From an uncultured Chloroflexia bacterium (GTDB lineage: Bacteria > Chloroflexota > Limnocylindria > QHBO01): a stretch of 64,000 nucleotides of DNA. The position numbers were made by a program, and so were the translations under genes. The notes under the pieces were generated by a model that saw only the letters and a list, made by a program, of their open reading frames with translations, was not told the origin of the DNA and ran no database searches. The first letter of the stretch is position 1. Each line of letters starts with the position of its first letter. The stretch is taken from the NCBI GenBank assembly GCA_963827475.1, contig CAWHAZ010000005.1:128001-192000 (forward strand). Reading direction: 5' to 3'. Positions 40,303-51,961 of this stretch are shown here, piece by piece.

Positions 40303-41928
40303 TTACATCGAGTCCGGGGCTGAGACCCCGATCAGGGCCAGGCTGTTGGCCAGCACCTGGCGGGTGGCGCGGACCAGGCCGAGCCGCGCGGTGGACAGCG
40401 GCGCGTCATCGGTCAGGACCCGGCAGTCGCGGTAGAACTGGCTGAACAGGCTGGCGACCTCCATCGTGTAGCGCGGCAGCTCGTGCGTCTCCCGGCGCTC
40501 GGCGGAGTCGGCGATGACCTCCGGCAGGCGCAGGAGGTGCCCGATGAGCGCCTGCTCCGCCGGATGGACGAGGAGCGCCGCCGCGTCTCCCGGCTCGGTC
40601 GGCAGGGCCTCCGCTCCCGGCTGGCGGAGGATGGACGAGCAGCGGGCGTGGGCGTACTGGACGTAGTAGACCGGGTTCTCGTTCGACTGCTGGCGGGCGA
40701 GGTCCATGTCGAACTCGAGCGTCTGGTTCGAGGATCGCAGGGTGAACAGGAAGCGGGTGGCGTCCGCCCCGACCTCGTCGACCAGCTCGTCGAGGGTGAC
40801 GTAGACCCCCTCCCGCTTGCTCATCCCCGCCCCACCGGCAATCGACACGTGCTGGTAGATGAGGATCTCCACCGCATCGGGGTCGTAGCCCAGGCCGGCG
40901 GCGGCGCCCTTCCAGCGCTTGATCGTGCCGTGGTGGTCCGGGCCGAGGATGTAGACCAGGTGGTTGAAGCCGCGGCCGAACTTGTCGAGCAGGTACGCGA
41001 TGTCGGCCGCGAAGTAGGTCGGCTCCCCGTTGGAGCGGAGCAGGACCCGGTCCTTGTCGTCGCCAAAGGTCGTCGAGCGGAACCAGGTCGCCCCCTCCGA
41101 CTCGTAGACGTGGCCGGCGGCTCGCAGCCGCTCGATGCCATCCGCCACCTCCCCCGCTTCGTGGAGCTCGCGCTCGGATCGGTAGACATCAATGTGCATC
41201 CGCAGTCGGGCGATCGTGCGCTTGATGTCGTCGTACACCCGGTTCCAGGCCCACTCGCCGATCGCCTCCAGCGGATTGACCGATGCGACGACGTCCTCCG
41301 GCACCTCCGCCGCCAGCTGACCGATGTACGCGCCGCGATAGCCCGCGTCGCCGGACTGCCCGGTACGGGCCAGGTAGACCGATTGCCCGAAGTCGCGGAC
41401 CTGGCTGCCGTAGTCGTTGACGTAGTACTCGCGACCGACCTCCGCCCCGGCCGCCTCCAGCAGGTTGGCCAGCGCGTCACCGATGAACCCGCCGCGGCCG
41501 TTGCCGATGTGCAGAGGCCCGGTCGGGTTGGCACTGATGAACTCGACGTTCACCCGCCGGCCGGCCTGCGCGGTCGAGCGGCCCCAATTCGGGCCCGCGG
41601 TCAGGATGACGGGCACCTGGTCCGCCACCCAGGTCGGGTCGAGGCGCCAGTTGATGAACCCCGGCGCCATGACCGTGGTCTCGCCCACCCCGGCGGGAAG
41701 CTCCAGGTGGCGGACCAGGACCTCGGCGATGGCCAGCGGGGAGGAGCGGGCCAGCGGCGCGAGCTGCATGGCGGCGTTGGTCGCGTAGTCGCCGTGCTCC
41801 GCGTGGGCGGGCCGCTCCAGGCTCGGCGTGGGCCGTGCCGCACCTTCGGGCAGGGCCAGCTCACCGGCCGCCGCGGCCTGATCCCGGGCGGCCTCGATCG
41901 CGGCACGCAGCTCGTCGCGCAGGGTCAC
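40303..41928 (-). CDS. argS: Arginine--tRNA ligase
   Basis: HGDYATNAA, EFISANPTGPLHIGNGR, MSKR, NPVYYVQYAHAR. Confidence 0.97.
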   Translation of the reverse strand: MTLRDELRAAIEAARDQAAAAGELALPEGAARPTPSLERPAHAEHGDYATNAAMQLAPLARSSPLAIAEVLVRHLELPAGVGETTVMAPGFINWRLDPTWVADQVPVILTAGPNWGRSTAQAGRRVNVEFISANPTGPLHIGNGRGGFIGDALANLLEAAGAEVGREYYVNDYGSQVRDFGQSVYLARTGQSGDAGYRGAYIGQLAAEVPEDVVASVNPLEAIGEWAWNRVYDDIKRTIARLRMHIDVYRSERELHEAGEVADGIERLRAAGHVYESEGATWFRSTTFGDDKDRVLLRSNGEPTYFAADIAYLLDKFGRGFNHLVYILGPDHHGTIKRWKGAAAGLGYDPDAVEILIYQHVSIAGGAGMSKREGVYVTLDELVDEVGADATRFLFTLRSSNQTLEFDMDLARQQSNENPVYYVQYAHARCSSILRQPGAEALPTEPGDAAALLVHPAEQALIGHLLRLPEVIADSAERRETHELPRYTMEVASLFSQFYRDCRVLTDDAPLSTARLGLVRATRQVLANSLALIGVSAPDSM

Positions 41929-41932
41929 GGCG

Positions 41933-42847
41933 TCATCGCTCCCGGGCCAGGCGCAGCTCGAGGGCCTGGTCGGGGCTGAATCCGCGCAGGGCGAGCGTGT
42001 CCGCCGCGACCTCCAGCAGGGCGGCGGTGGGCGCCAGGCCGATGAGCTCGGCATGGTCGATGTCGGTTCCCGCCTGCCGAGCCAGGCGCCGGACCTCGCC
42101 GACCACGACCGGGATGCCGGTGCGCTCCCAGTCGGCGAGATTCATGCTGACCTGGGCCAGCTGCCGCCCGTCGGGGACGGCGACCAGCACCCCCATCGCC
42201 TGCACCGCGGGCAGGCCGCCGGACGACTCGCGGATCGTTTCCGCGATCCGCTGCGCGATCTCGACGTCGTCGGTGGCCAGGTTGAGGTTGAACGCGATCA
42301 GCGGCTTGCGGGCGCCCACCGCCACCGCGCCGCCTCGGGGATGGAGCCGCGACGGGCCGTAGTCCGGCTCACGCTCCGGATTGACCCCGATCTCCTCGCG
42401 CAGGCCCTCGTACTGGCCGCGCCGGACGTCGGCCAGCCGCCGCCGTTCGGGCCGCAGCGCGGCCTCGCCGTAGAGGTACACCGGCAGCTCGAAGACCTTG
42501 GCCACCTGCTCCCCGAAGCGTCGGGCGAGGTCCACGCATTCGTCCATCCGCGTGTCGCCGAGGGGCACGAACGGGATGACGTCGACCGCCCCGATTCGGG
42601 GGTGGGCCCCCGCCTGCTGCTCCATGTCGATCAGCTCGAGCGCCCGACCGACCGCGGCCATCGCGGCGCGGACCACCGGCTCGGGCCCGCCCGCGAACGT
42701 GACCACGCTCCGGTTGTGGGACTCGTCGCGGCTCGCGTCGAGGAGTGCGACGCCCTCGATCTGGCGGATCGCGCGGGTGATCTCCTCGAGGACTTCCGGC
42801 CGGCGACCCTCGCTGAAGTTGGGCACGCATTCGATGAGGCTCGCCAC
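41933..42847 (-). CDS. ftcD: Glutamate formimidoyltransferase
   Basis: LIECVPNFSEGRR, HNRSV, HPRIGAVDVIPFVP, RRGQYEGL, GARKPLIAFN. Confidence 0.95.
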   Translation of the reverse strand: MASLIECVPNFSEGRRPEVLEEITRAIRQIEGVALLDASRDESHNRSVVTFAGGPEPVVRAAMAAVGRALELIDMEQQAGAHPRIGAVDVIPFVPLGDTRMDECVDLARRFGEQVAKVFELPVYLYGEAALRPERRRLADVRRGQYEGLREEIGVNPEREPDYGPSRLHPRGGAVAVGARKPLIAFNLNLATDDVEIAQRIAETIRESSGGLPAVQAMGVLVAVPDGRQLAQVSMNLADWERTGIPVVVGEVRRLARQAGTDIDHAELIGLAPTAALLEVAADTLALRGFSPDQALELRLARER

Positions 42848-42863
42848 GGACCGATGATAGGGG

Positions 42864-44031
42864 TCAGGCTGAGGCAGCCGCCGCCTGCCGAGGGTCGTCT
42901 CGACCGATGGTGTCCGGGTTCGTTCCGCGCGCCCGCGCCAGGCGCTCGGTGAGGAGCTGGAGGGGCAGGACGACGGCGAGCGAGGCGGCCACCGGACGAG
43001 CCAGCTGCCCGTCCAGCTCGACGAGGTGCCGGCCCACCGTGGCCGCCTCCGCCACGTCCGCGACCTCGGCGGAGCCGAGCACGACCGATGGCATGCCGAG
43101 CGCGGCCGCGGCGCGGAGGACGGTCGCCGCCCGCTCTCGCAGGTCCACGCCGCGGCCGTCGCCATCGGTCAGGATGAGGACCAGCCCGGTGCGCTCGGTG
43201 GCTGCCGCCAGGTGGCCGTGGCGCACGGTCTCGAGCTCGTGGGCGGTGGCGGGCAGGCGAACCCCTTCCTCGACCTTCAGCGCCAGCTCGCGGGCCGCGG
43301 GGTAGTCGACCCCGGAGCCGACGACCAGCAGGCGGTCGGCTCCGGACAGGCCGGCGGCCAGCTCCTCCGCGATCGCGCCGTCCGCTCCCGCCGCGACCTG
43401 GCGTTCGACCGCATCGGGCGCGACCTCGCTCCCGCCCAGCGCGGCGTGCAGGCCGACCCCGGCGACCAGGGGCGAGAGGTAGCCCGACGGTGTGGCACCA
43501 CGACTGGTCCTGCTCGTCGGTGGTGAGCACGGTCGCCGCCAGCGCCGCGCCCGGGGAGCGGTCGCTGACCGTGATCAGGACCGTCGGGCCATCGTGGCCG
43601 CCGGCGGTGCGCAGCGCGGCATTCGTGGCCTCCGTCCCGCCTTCGTGGGAGATGGCGATCACGGGTGCGCCGGACGGGACGCGGCCGGCCAGCTCGAACG
43701 CCTGCTCGGCCCGAACCGCATGGTTCGGCCGGTCCGCGCGGGCCAGGCCGTCCGCAACCAGGCGCGCGACGGCCATCGCCGCGTGATGGCTCGTCCCGCA
43801 GCCGGTGATCGTGACCGGCAGGTGGTGCTCGACCGCGTCACGGATGAGCCCCGCGACCTGCTCGAGACCGGGATCGGCGGTGAGCTTCCGCAGCAGGCGC
43901 CCCGCAAGCGCGGGCTCGGCCGCGATCATCTCGGTCATGGCGTACGGCGGGCCCGGGCGCCGGGCCGGCATCTCCGACGGCGCCCACGGGTCGGGGGCGC
44001 CGGGAAGGCGCGCAACGGGGTCGGTGGCCAC
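42864..44031 (-). CDS. SIS-domain sugar isomerase/aminotransferase-like protein, frameshifted
   Basis: MTEMIAAEP, TGCGTSHHAA, ISHEGGT, ARELALKVEE, HGH. Confidence 0.82.
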
Positions 44032-44088
44032 GGTTTCGATCCTACCCGCCATGCTGCCACGCATTCCCGACCGCGCTACCATCGGTCC

Positions 44089-44817
44089 ATGGACCCGCGC
44101 ACCGCCCTTGCCGAGCTGGAGGCAGCCGGCAGCGAGAGGAACCGAGCCATCTACCTGCGCCACGGCGCCGGGGAGAACCAGTACGGCGTCTCGTTCAAGG
44201 ACCTCCGAGCCCTCGCCAAGCGCATCGGTCATGACCAGGTCCTCGCCCGATCCCTGTGGGCCACCGGCAATACCGATGCGCGCTGCCTCGCCTGCCTGGT
44301 GGCCGAGCCGGACAAGATGGACGACGAGGAGCTCGACGCCTGGCTCTCGAGCATCTCGTACTACCTGCTCGTCGACGTGTTCGTCGCCGAGGTGGCGAGC
44401 CAGGTTCCCGGTATCCGCCCCCGCATGGAACGCTGGACCCGTTCCGCACGCGACTGGACCGCGCAGGCCGGCTGGGACCTGGCCGCCGTCCTCGCCGCCA
44501 ATGAACCCGACCTGCCGAACCGGGTCTTCCTGGAGCTGCTGGCCAAGATCGAGAACGAGATCCGGCAGGCCGGCAACCGGACGCGGCATGCGATGAACGG
44601 CGCGCTGATCGCGATCGGACTGCGCAACGAGCCCCTGCGCGAGGCCGCGGTGGACGCCGCGGCTCGGATCGGCCCGGTGGTGGTCGATCACGGGGAGACC
44701 GGATGCGTGACCCCGGCCGCCATCCCCTACATCCGCAAGACGCTTGCCTACCGTGAGGCGCAGGCCGAGAAGCGCGCCGCCAGGGCGAAGGCGAAGGCGA
44801 CGGCCGGGGCGCGGTGA
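44089..44817 (+). CDS. DNA alkylation repair protein (AlkD-like HEAT repeat)
   Basis: YGVSFKDLRALAKRIGHDQVLARSLWATGNTDAR...AMNGALIAIG...VDHGETGCVTP. Confidence 0.85.
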   Translation: MDPRTALAELEAAGSERNRAIYLRHGAGENQYGVSFKDLRALAKRIGHDQVLARSLWATGNTDARCLACLVAEPDKMDDEELDAWLSSISYYLLVDVFVAEVASQVPGIRPRMERWTRSARDWTAQAGWDLAAVLAANEPDLPNRVFLELLAKIENEIRQAGNRTRHAMNGALIAIGLRNEPLREAAVDAAARIGPVVVDHGETGCVTPAAIPYIRKTLAYREAQAEKRAARAKAKATAGAR

Positions 44818-45915
44818 CCGAGCCGGCGCGACCCGCCCTCGCGGGGTTCCAGCCCGAGCCGGTCGACGACCCGACCCTCATCAACCTCCACGACTACGAG
44901 CAGGCGGCCGCGACCCGCCTGGCGCCCGGCGCCCTCGCCTACTTCACCGGCGGCGCCAACGACGAGCGGACGCTGACCGAGAACCGGGCCGCGTTCGGGC
45001 GCCGCTGGATCGTTCCCCGCGTCCTGCGCGACGTGTCGAGCGTCGACACCACGGTGGACGTCCTCGGCCGCCGCTGGCCCTTCCCCCTGTTCCTGTGCCC
45101 GACCGCCTTCCACCGGATGGCGCATCCGGACGGCGAGGTCGGCACCGCCCGGGCGGCGGCCGCGCGCGACGTGACGATGACGCTGTCGACCTCCTCCAGC
45201 ACCGACCTCGAGGAGGTGGCCGCCGTCGGCGGGCCACGCTGGTTCCAGGTCTACCTCCTCGCCGACCCCGGCGCTCGGCGGGCGCACGTCGAGCGGGCGG
45301 TGGCCGCCGGCTACGAGGCGCTGGTGCTGACCGTGGACCTGCCGCGCATCGGCCGGCGGGAGCGCGACATCCGGGTCGGCTTCTCGATCCCCGACGACGT
45401 CCACGTCCCGAACCCCGCCCTCGCCGCGGGCGTGCCCATCGAGCAGGGACTGGAGGTGCCCTTCGCCGACCGCCTGACCTGGGACGACGTGGACTGGCTG
45501 GCCGGGTTCGGCCGCCCGGTGGTGGTCAAGGGCATCCTCCACCCGGACGACGCCCGACTCGCGATCGAGCACGGCGCGGCCGCGATCCAGGTCAGCAACC
45601 ATGGCGGGCGGCAGCTCGACGGGTCGATCGCCAGCCTCGACGCCCTGCCGCGCCGTGGTCGAGGCGGTCGGCGGCCGGGTCCCGGTCCTGCTCGACGGCG
45701 GCATCCGTCGCGGGTCGGACGTGGTCATCGCGCTCGCTCTCGGGGCGGCCGCGGTCGGCATCGGGCGACCGGCGCTGTGGGGGCTCGCGGTCGACGGCGA
45801 GGCGGGCGTGGGCCGCGTCCTCGACCTGCTGACCACCGAGACGGAGCTGGCGATGGCCCTCGCCGGCGCCGCGTCGGTCGCCGACCTGACCCCCGACCTG
45901 GTGCTGACCCGCTAG
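44814..45915 (+). CDS. FMN-dependent alpha-hydroxy acid oxidase (frameshift near 45650)
   Basis: [39 protein letters not shown]. Confidence 0.92.
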
Positions 45916-45930
45916 CTCAGGAGCCCCGGC

Positions 45931-46353
45931 CTAGCGGCCGCTGCCCTCCAGCGAGCCCTCGATCTGCTCGTCGGGGATGTACAGCACGCACACGATCTCG
46001 CGGTCGCCACCGCTCCACGAGTCCTCGGTCGGGATGAGGTGGGTGTAGAACACCTCGGAGTCGAGATACGGGATGCCGACGTAGGCCTCGAACCGATCTT
46101 CGCAACCTTCGTTCGCCGCGATGCCCAAGGTGTCGCTGCCCGGATACTCGCCGGAGCCCTCGTAGTCGTACAGGGCGTACACCTCGTTGTCGTGCGGCTC
46201 GTCGCAGTCAACCGCGGTCACCGACGAGATCTCACCGGACTCGGCCGGATCGTTGAAGCAGTCGCCGACCGTGAGGTCGAAGACCGATGCGGTGCCACAG
46301 GCACCCAGCGCCAGGGCGACGCCGATGAGGATCACGGGCCTGCGGAGGTTCAC
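45931..46353 (-). CDS. Septum-formation-family (Cys-rich) lipoprotein
   Basis: AGGAG RBS; LALGAC; [31 protein letters not shown]. Confidence 0.8.
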   Translation of the reverse strand: MNLRRPVILIGVALALGACGTASVFDLTVGDCFNDPAESGEISSVTAVDCDEPHDNEVYALYDYEGSGEYPGSDTLGIAANEGCEDRFEAYVGIPYLDSEVFYTHLIPTEDSWSGGDREIVCVLYIPDEQIEGSLEGSGR

Positions 46354-46421
46354 GGGCGGGCTCCTGTTGGGCGGGTGGGGATGGACGAAGCGAATCGCTC
46401 GCCGGTCGATTATCACCGCCG

Positions 46422-48105
46422 TCAGGTGCCCGGTTCCATCGGGATCCGCACGCCCCGCTCGCGGGCGACCTCGAGCGCGCGCTCGTAGCCCGCGTCGGCG
46501 TGGCGGATGACGCCCATCCCCGGGTCGGTGGTCAGCACCCGCTCCAGCCGGGCCGCGGCGGCATCGGTCCCGTCGGCGACGATGACCATGCCGGCGTGGA
46601 GCGAGTAGCCGATGCCCACGCCACCGCCGTGGTGGACGCTGACCCAGGTCGCCCCGGCGGCCGTGTTCAGGAGCGCGTTCAGGACCGGCCAGTCGGCGAT
46701 CGCGTCCGACCCGTCGCGCATGCCCTCGGTCTCGCGGTACGGGCTGGCGACGCTGCCCGCGTCGAGGTGATCCCGCCCGATGACGATCGGCGCGGCCAGC
46801 TCCCCGGATCGCACCATGTCGTTGATCCGGAGCCCGGCCTTCGCCCGCTCGCCGTAGCCCAGCCAGCAGATGCGGGCCGGCAGGCCCTGGAACGGGACCT
46901 TCTCCTCGGCCAGGCGCAGCCAGCGGTGGAGGGACGCGTCCTGCGGGAAGAGCTCGGCCAGCGCGGCATCGGTCTTCAGGATGTCGTCCGGGTCGCCGGA
47001 CAGCGCGGCCCAGCGGAATGGCCCCTTGCCCTCGCAGAAGAGCGGTCGGATGAAGGCCGGGACGAAGCCGGGGAAGGCGAAGGCATCGGTCACGCCGGCT
47101 TCCTTGGCAAAGGCGCGGATGTTGTTGCCGTAGTCGAACACGACCGATCCGGCCTGCTGGAAGGCGAGCATCGCCCGCACGTGGTCGGCGATGGAGGCGG
47201 TGGCCAGCCGGACGTACTCGTCGGGGTCGCGATCGCGGAGCGCCAGCGCCTCCGACAGACCGATGGACCCCGGCACGTACCCGCCCAGCGGGTCGTGGGC
47301 GGAGGTCTGGTCGGTGACGACGTCGGGGCGCCAGCCGCGGCGGACCAGCTCGGGCTCGACGTCCGCGGCGTTGGCCACCAGCGCGATGCTCCGCGCCTCG
47401 CCGGCGGACCGCCAGGCGTCCACTTTGCGCGACCGCCTCGTCGAGGTCGGTCGTGACCTCGTCGACGTAGCCGGCGGCATGCCGCCGCTCGGCGCGGGCC
47501 GGGTCCACCTCGATGGCCAGCACCGCCCCCTCGTTCATGGTCACCGCCAGCGGCTGCGCGCCGCCCATCCCGCCGAGGCCCGCGGTCAGGGTCGCCGTCC
47601 CGCGCAGGGAGCCCCCGAAATGCTGCCGCGCGCACTCGGCGAACGTCTCGTAGGTGCCCTGGATGATCCCCTGGGTCGCGATGTAGATCCACGACCCTGC
47701 GGTCATCTGGCCGTACATCGTCAGGCCGGCCCGCTCCAGCTCGCGGAAGTTCTCCCAGGTCGCCCAGTGGGGGACGAGCAGGGCATTGGCGATCAGGACG
47801 CGGGGCGCGTCAGGTGTCGTGCGGAAGACGCCGACCGGCTTGCCGCTCTGGACCAGGAGCGTCTCGTCGTTCTCGAGCCGGCGCAGCTCGCGGACGATCG
47901 CGTCGAACGCCTCCCAGCTCCGCGCCGCCCGCCCGGTGCCGCCGTAGACGATGAGGTGATCGGGGTCCTCGGCCACGTCCGGGTCGAGGTTGTTCATCAG
48001 CATCCGGAGCGCCGCTTCCTGCTGCCACCCCTTGCAGGACAGCTCGGATCCGCGCGGTGCCCGGACGGTTCGTGGCCCGGAGGTCGCCTGGGCGGCGGTC
48101 GTCAC
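46422..48105 (-). CDS. hutU: Urocanate hydratase (frameshift near 47425)
   Basis: [49 protein letters not shown]. Confidence 0.96.
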
Positions 48106-48128
48106 GGACCGATGATAGGGGTCCGGCC

Positions 48129-48857
48129 TCAGGTCACGGCCGACAGCAGGAAGGCGAGGGTGAAGCCCAGGACGGTCACCAGGCCGGCGAGGTCGCCGCC
48201 GTCCTCGAACGCCTCGGGAATCATCGTGTCGACCAGCATCGTCAGCAGGCCGCCGGCGGCGAAGGCCTGCACGAACGGGACGGCGGGGCCCGCCTCGTCG
48301 AAGAGGAGGAACGCGAGCGCGGCCGAGGACGCCGACACGAGGACCACAGCCAGCCACAGGCCCAGGATCCAGCGCGGCGACCGACCCTCTCCTTTAGGTC
48401 GACCGAGGCCGAGAAGCCCTCCGGCACGTTCGACAGCAGGACGGCCACCAGGAATGCCGGGGACACGGCGCCGCCGCCCAGCAGGGACGCACCGAGCACC
48501 ACCGACTCGGGGATCCCGTCGAGCATCGCGCCCAGAACGATGGACAGGCCCTGGCCCTCGCGCGCCTGCTGCTTGACCGTGGCCTGGCCCCGGGCCTTGC
48601 CGCGGGCGGTCGAGCAGCCGATTGCCCACGAAGAACGTCACCGCCCCGGCCGCCAGTCCGGCGGTCAGGAGCTGGACGCCGCCCTGCTCGAACGCCTCGG
48701 CAGTCAGCTCGTACGCGACGGCGCTGAACAGGGCGCCGGCGCCGAACGCCAGGGCGAGTCCGACGACCGTCCGGCTCACCTTCAGCGCCAGGCCGGCCGC
48801 GGCGCCGACCAGCAAGGCGGAGGCGGCAAGGAACGCCCAGCCGAAGGCCTCGATCAT
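48129..48857 (-). CDS. ZIP-family metal transporter, frameshifted
   Basis: [31 protein letters not shown]. Confidence 0.82.
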   Translation of the reverse strand: MIEAFGWAFLAASALLVGAAAGLALKVSRTVVGLALAFGAGALFSAVAYELTAEAFEQGGVQLLTAGLAAGAVTFFVGNRLLDRPRQGPGPGHGQAAGARGPGPVHRSGRDARRDPRVGGARCVPAGRRRRVPGIPGGRPAVERAGGLLGLGRPKGEGRSPRWILGLWLAVVLVSASSAALAFLLFDEAGPAVPFVQAFAAGGLLTMLVDTMIPEAFEDGGDLAGLVTVLGFTLAFLLSAVT

Positions 48858-48860
48858 CGG

Positions 48861-49586
48861 TCAGTCATCGCCGAACGGGTTCGGCCGCGAGGGCTTGGGC
48901 GGCAGGCGAAAGACGTCGTCCTCGGTCGGTCCCTTGGGCATCGGGAGCGGCCAGGCTTCGCCCTCGTCGGGAACCCGGGTCTTGGACAGGAGGTCCTCCC
49001 ATCCCACCTCCACCTCGCCGGCCAGCTCGCGGCGGTAGACCGGGAACTGGTCGTCGCCGGCGGTCAGGGTGAAACCGGCAGCCTCGTAGACCGATGCCGG
49101 GCCGCCCGACGGGAGCCACGGGTCGGCCGCCCGCTCGAGGTAGCTCTCGACCGCGATCACCCCACGCCGGTCGAGCTCGGCGCAGACCGCCTCCGCCAAC
49201 GCCTGACCGATGGCCTCGCGATTCGACGCGCCGGGAACGACCTGCAGGCAGGTCAGGATCCAGGGGGCGGGGGAGTCCGGCAGCTCCGGGTACCGGTCGC
49301 GGATGAGCTGGGCACGCGGGTAGACGCTGAGCGGCCCGAACTGGGCGTACCCGACCACGACGCCCGCCGCATCGGTCGCCAGCATCCCGTACGACCCGGC
49401 CAGCCGAGCGCCGGCCATCAGGGCGGCGCGCTTCGCGTCGCGGCGGGCGGTGGTGTCGTCGCCCTCTCGGCTGCCCTCGAGCCGCTCCCAGTAGTCGCAG
49501 GTCTGGCAGCGCGCACCCGGCCGCGCAGGCTCGGGGATGCTCTCGATGCCCGCCTCGTCGACGAGGGAGAAGGTGAGCTCCTCCAT
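48861..49586 (-). CDS. GNAT-like acetyltransferase with N-terminal CxxC
   Basis: CQTCDYWE, VGYAQFGP, ILTCLQV, IGQAL, VESY, YEAAGF. Confidence 0.7.
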   Translation of the reverse strand: MEELTFSLVDEAGIESIPEPARPGARCQTCDYWERLEGSREGDDTTARRDAKRAALMAGARLAGSYGMLATDAAGVVVGYAQFGPLSVYPRAQLIRDRYPELPDSPAPWILTCLQVVPGASNREAIGQALAEAVCAELDRRGVIAVESYLERAADPWLPSGGPASVYEAAGFTLTAGDDQFPVYRRELAGEVEVGWEDLLSKTRVPDEGEAWPLPMPKGPTEDDVFRLPPKPSRPNPFGDD

Positions 49587-49589
49587 CGG

Positions 49590-51110
49590 TCAGCCCGAAG
49601 CCACGGCCGCCAGTCGACCCTCGCGAATCGCCGCCGTCAGGGCCGTGATGTCGGGCGCCGGGGATCGGTCGCCATCCAGTGGGGGCACCACCGATCGGAC
49701 AACGGCCACGGCCGCCTGGACGCCGCGACCGGGTGCCTGCGGCTGGCGGAGGTCCAGGCCGCGCGCCGCGCACAGTGCCTCGACCGCCAGCACGGTCGCC
49801 GCCCGGTCGAGCGCCTCGCGCAGCAGCAGCGCGGACGTCGCCCCCATGCTCACGTGGTCCTCCTGGTTGGCGCTGGTCGGGATCGTGTCCGCGGCGGCCG
49901 GATGTGCGGTGGTCTTCAGCTCGTTGACGGCCGCCGCCGCCGTGTACTGGGCCAGCATCAGCCCGCTCTCGATCCCCGGGTCGTCGGCCAGGAAGGCGGG
50001 GAGACCCGACAGGCGGCTGTCGAGGATCCGCGCCGTCCGGCGCTCGGAGATGGTGGCCAGCGCGGTGAGCGCCAGCCGGGCGTGGTCGAGGGCCAGCGCG
50101 AGTGGCTCGCCGTGGAAGTTGCCGCCGCTCACCACCCGCCCGTCGGGGAAGACCAGCGGGTTGTCGGTCGCCGCGTTGAGCTCGACCGACACCGCGTCGT
50201 CGAGCGGCGCGAGGGCGTCGGCCACCGCCCCGTGGACCTGCGGCATGCAGCGGATGGAGTACGGGTCCTGGACCTTGTGCGGGCTCGAGCGGTGGCTGTC
50301 GCCGATCTCGCTGTCCGCCAGGAGCTCACGCAGCCGGGCCGCGGACGCCAGCTGGCCGGGGTGCGGCCGGGCCCAGATCAACGCCTCGTCGAACGCGGAC
50401 GCCGTACCGAGCATCGCCTCCAGGCTCATGGCCCCGGTCACGTCCGCGGTGCGGACCAGGATCCCCGCATCGGTCAGGGCCAGCGCGCCGATGGCGGTCA
50501 TCAGCTGCGTCCCGTTGAGCAGGGCAAGGCCTTCCTTCGCTCCCAGCTCCATCGGTTCGAGGCCGGCGGCGGCCAGCGCCTCGCCGCCGGGAACGGTCCT
50601 GTCGCCCACCACCGCCTCGCCCTCGCCGATGACCACCAGCGCGAGATGGGCGAGCGGGGCGAGGTCGCCGGAGGCGCCCACGCTGCCGCGGGACGGGATG
50701 ACGGGGTGCACCGCGGCGTTCAGCATCGCGATGAGGAGGTCGACCACCTCCGGCCGGATGCCGGACAGCCCCACGGCCAGGGCATTGGCCCGGAGCAGGA
50801 GCATGGCCCGCACGACCTCGGCGGGGAGCGGCTCACCCACGCCGGCCGCGTGGCTCCGGACGAGGTTGCGCTGGAGGGTGGCCGTCTGCTCCGGGGAGAT
50901 GCGCACGTCGGCCAGGTCGCCGAACCCGGTCGTGACCCCGTAGACCGTCTCGCCGGAGGCGACCACCCGCTCGATCACGGCCCTCGACACCGCCATCCGC
51001 TCGCGCGCCGCCGACTCGACCACGACCGGTCGTCCGCCCCGCGCCACCGACACGACATCGGCGATGGTCAGGTCACGGCCGGTCAGCTGGAGCGGGGGTT
51101 GGGCTGCCAC
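49590..51110 (-). CDS. hutH: Histidine ammonia-lyase
   Basis: YGVTTGFG, SH, GSVGASGDLAPL (MIO), KEGLALLNGT, QDPYSIRC, GGNFHG. Confidence 0.96.
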   Translation of the reverse strand: MAAQPPLQLTGRDLTIADVVSVARGGRPVVVESAARERMAVSRAVIERVVASGETVYGVTTGFGDLADVRISPEQTATLQRNLVRSHAAGVGEPLPAEVVRAMLLLRANALAVGLSGIRPEVVDLLIAMLNAAVHPVIPSRGSVGASGDLAPLAHLALVVIGEGEAVVGDRTVPGGEALAAAGLEPMELGAKEGLALLNGTQLMTAIGALALTDAGILVRTADVTGAMSLEAMLGTASAFDEALIWARPHPGQLASAARLRELLADSEIGDSHRSSPHKVQDPYSIRCMPQVHGAVADALAPLDDAVSVELNAATDNPLVFPDGRVVSGGNFHGEPLALALDHARLALTALATISERRTARILDSRLSGLPAFLADDPGIESGLMLAQYTAAAAVNELKTTAHPAAADTIPTSANQEDHVSMGATSALLLREALDRAATVLAVEALCAARGLDLRQPQAPGRGVQAAVAVVRSVVPPLDGDRSPAPDITALTAAIREGRLAAVASG

Positions 51111-51130
51111 CTCATTCCTATACTACGGAC

Positions 51131-51952
51131 GTGCGGAGGCTTCCGGACCCGACGAGCCGCCTCGTCACGAGCCGCGGCGCGCAGTACCGGCTCGGCGGCG
51201 CGGTCCCCAGCCCCGCGGCCGCGTTCCTCGTCGCCCTCATCCTGTTGCCCTCCCTGTTCTGGCTGGTCGCGCTGAAGCGGACGACCACCTACCTCGGCCC
51301 CGAGGAGTGGCTGATGGAGAGCGTGGTCATTCCGTTCCAGGCCTGGATGGAGGCCAACGTACCGCTGGTCGACAGCGTGATCACCGCCATCAGCGCCCTG
51401 GGCTCCGGCTGGTTCGTCGGCCTGGGCTTCGCCGTCTGCGGGCTGTTCGCCCTGGCCAAGGGCCGCCGCGACCTCGCCCTGCTGCTGGCCCTCGGCACGC
51501 TGGCCTTCCCGATGGAATGGGCGCTGAAGTTCTTCGTCGCCATCCCGCCCATCACCTTCAACGAGCTGGTCGAGGCCATGTTCAACGTTGGCGGCTTCGG
51601 CCTCGACGACATCGCCGTCTTCCCGGCCGGCCACGCCCTGCGGGCGATGGCCCTCTACGGCCTGGTCGCGTTCTGCATTGCCCGCCTGTCGGGGGACCGA
51701 CGGCAGGGCATGACCGCCTATGCGGTGGCCGGCGTCCTGATCTTCGTGATCGGGATCGCCCGGATCTACCTCAACCTCCACTACCCGTTGGACGTGGTCG
51801 GGGGCTGGATGGCGGGAGCCGCGCTGGTCTCGGTGCTGGTCGCGATCCACGTCCTGAACGCGGACGAGCGGATGCGCGTGGCGGAACGCCAACGGGCTGC
51901 CGCCGCCGAGCAGCCCGCGGCGGCTCCTTCCTCACCCGCGGCCGAGGCCTAG
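51131..51952 (+). CDS. PAP2-family membrane phosphatase-like protein
   Basis: LK, FPAGHA, ARIYLNLHYPLDVVGG. Confidence 0.82.
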   Translation: MRRLPDPTSRLVTSRGAQYRLGGAVPSPAAAFLVALILLPSLFWLVALKRTTTYLGPEEWLMESVVIPFQAWMEANVPLVDSVITAISALGSGWFVGLGFAVCGLFALAKGRRDLALLLALGTLAFPMEWALKFFVAIPPITFNELVEAMFNVGGFGLDDIAVFPAGHALRAMALYGLVAFCIARLSGDRRQGMTAYAVAGVLIFVIGIARIYLNLHYPLDVVGGWMAGAALVSVLVAIHVLNADERMRVAERQRAAAAEQPAAAPSSPAAEA

Positions 51953-51961
51953 CGGCCGGAC

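Noticed and set aside
48057-51275. Very long antisense ORFs (48057-51275, 58221-61358, and the 16523-18004 extension of the cyclase ORF)
   Set aside because: Shadow ORFs opposite real genes, expected in high-GC DNA; no recognisable motifs.
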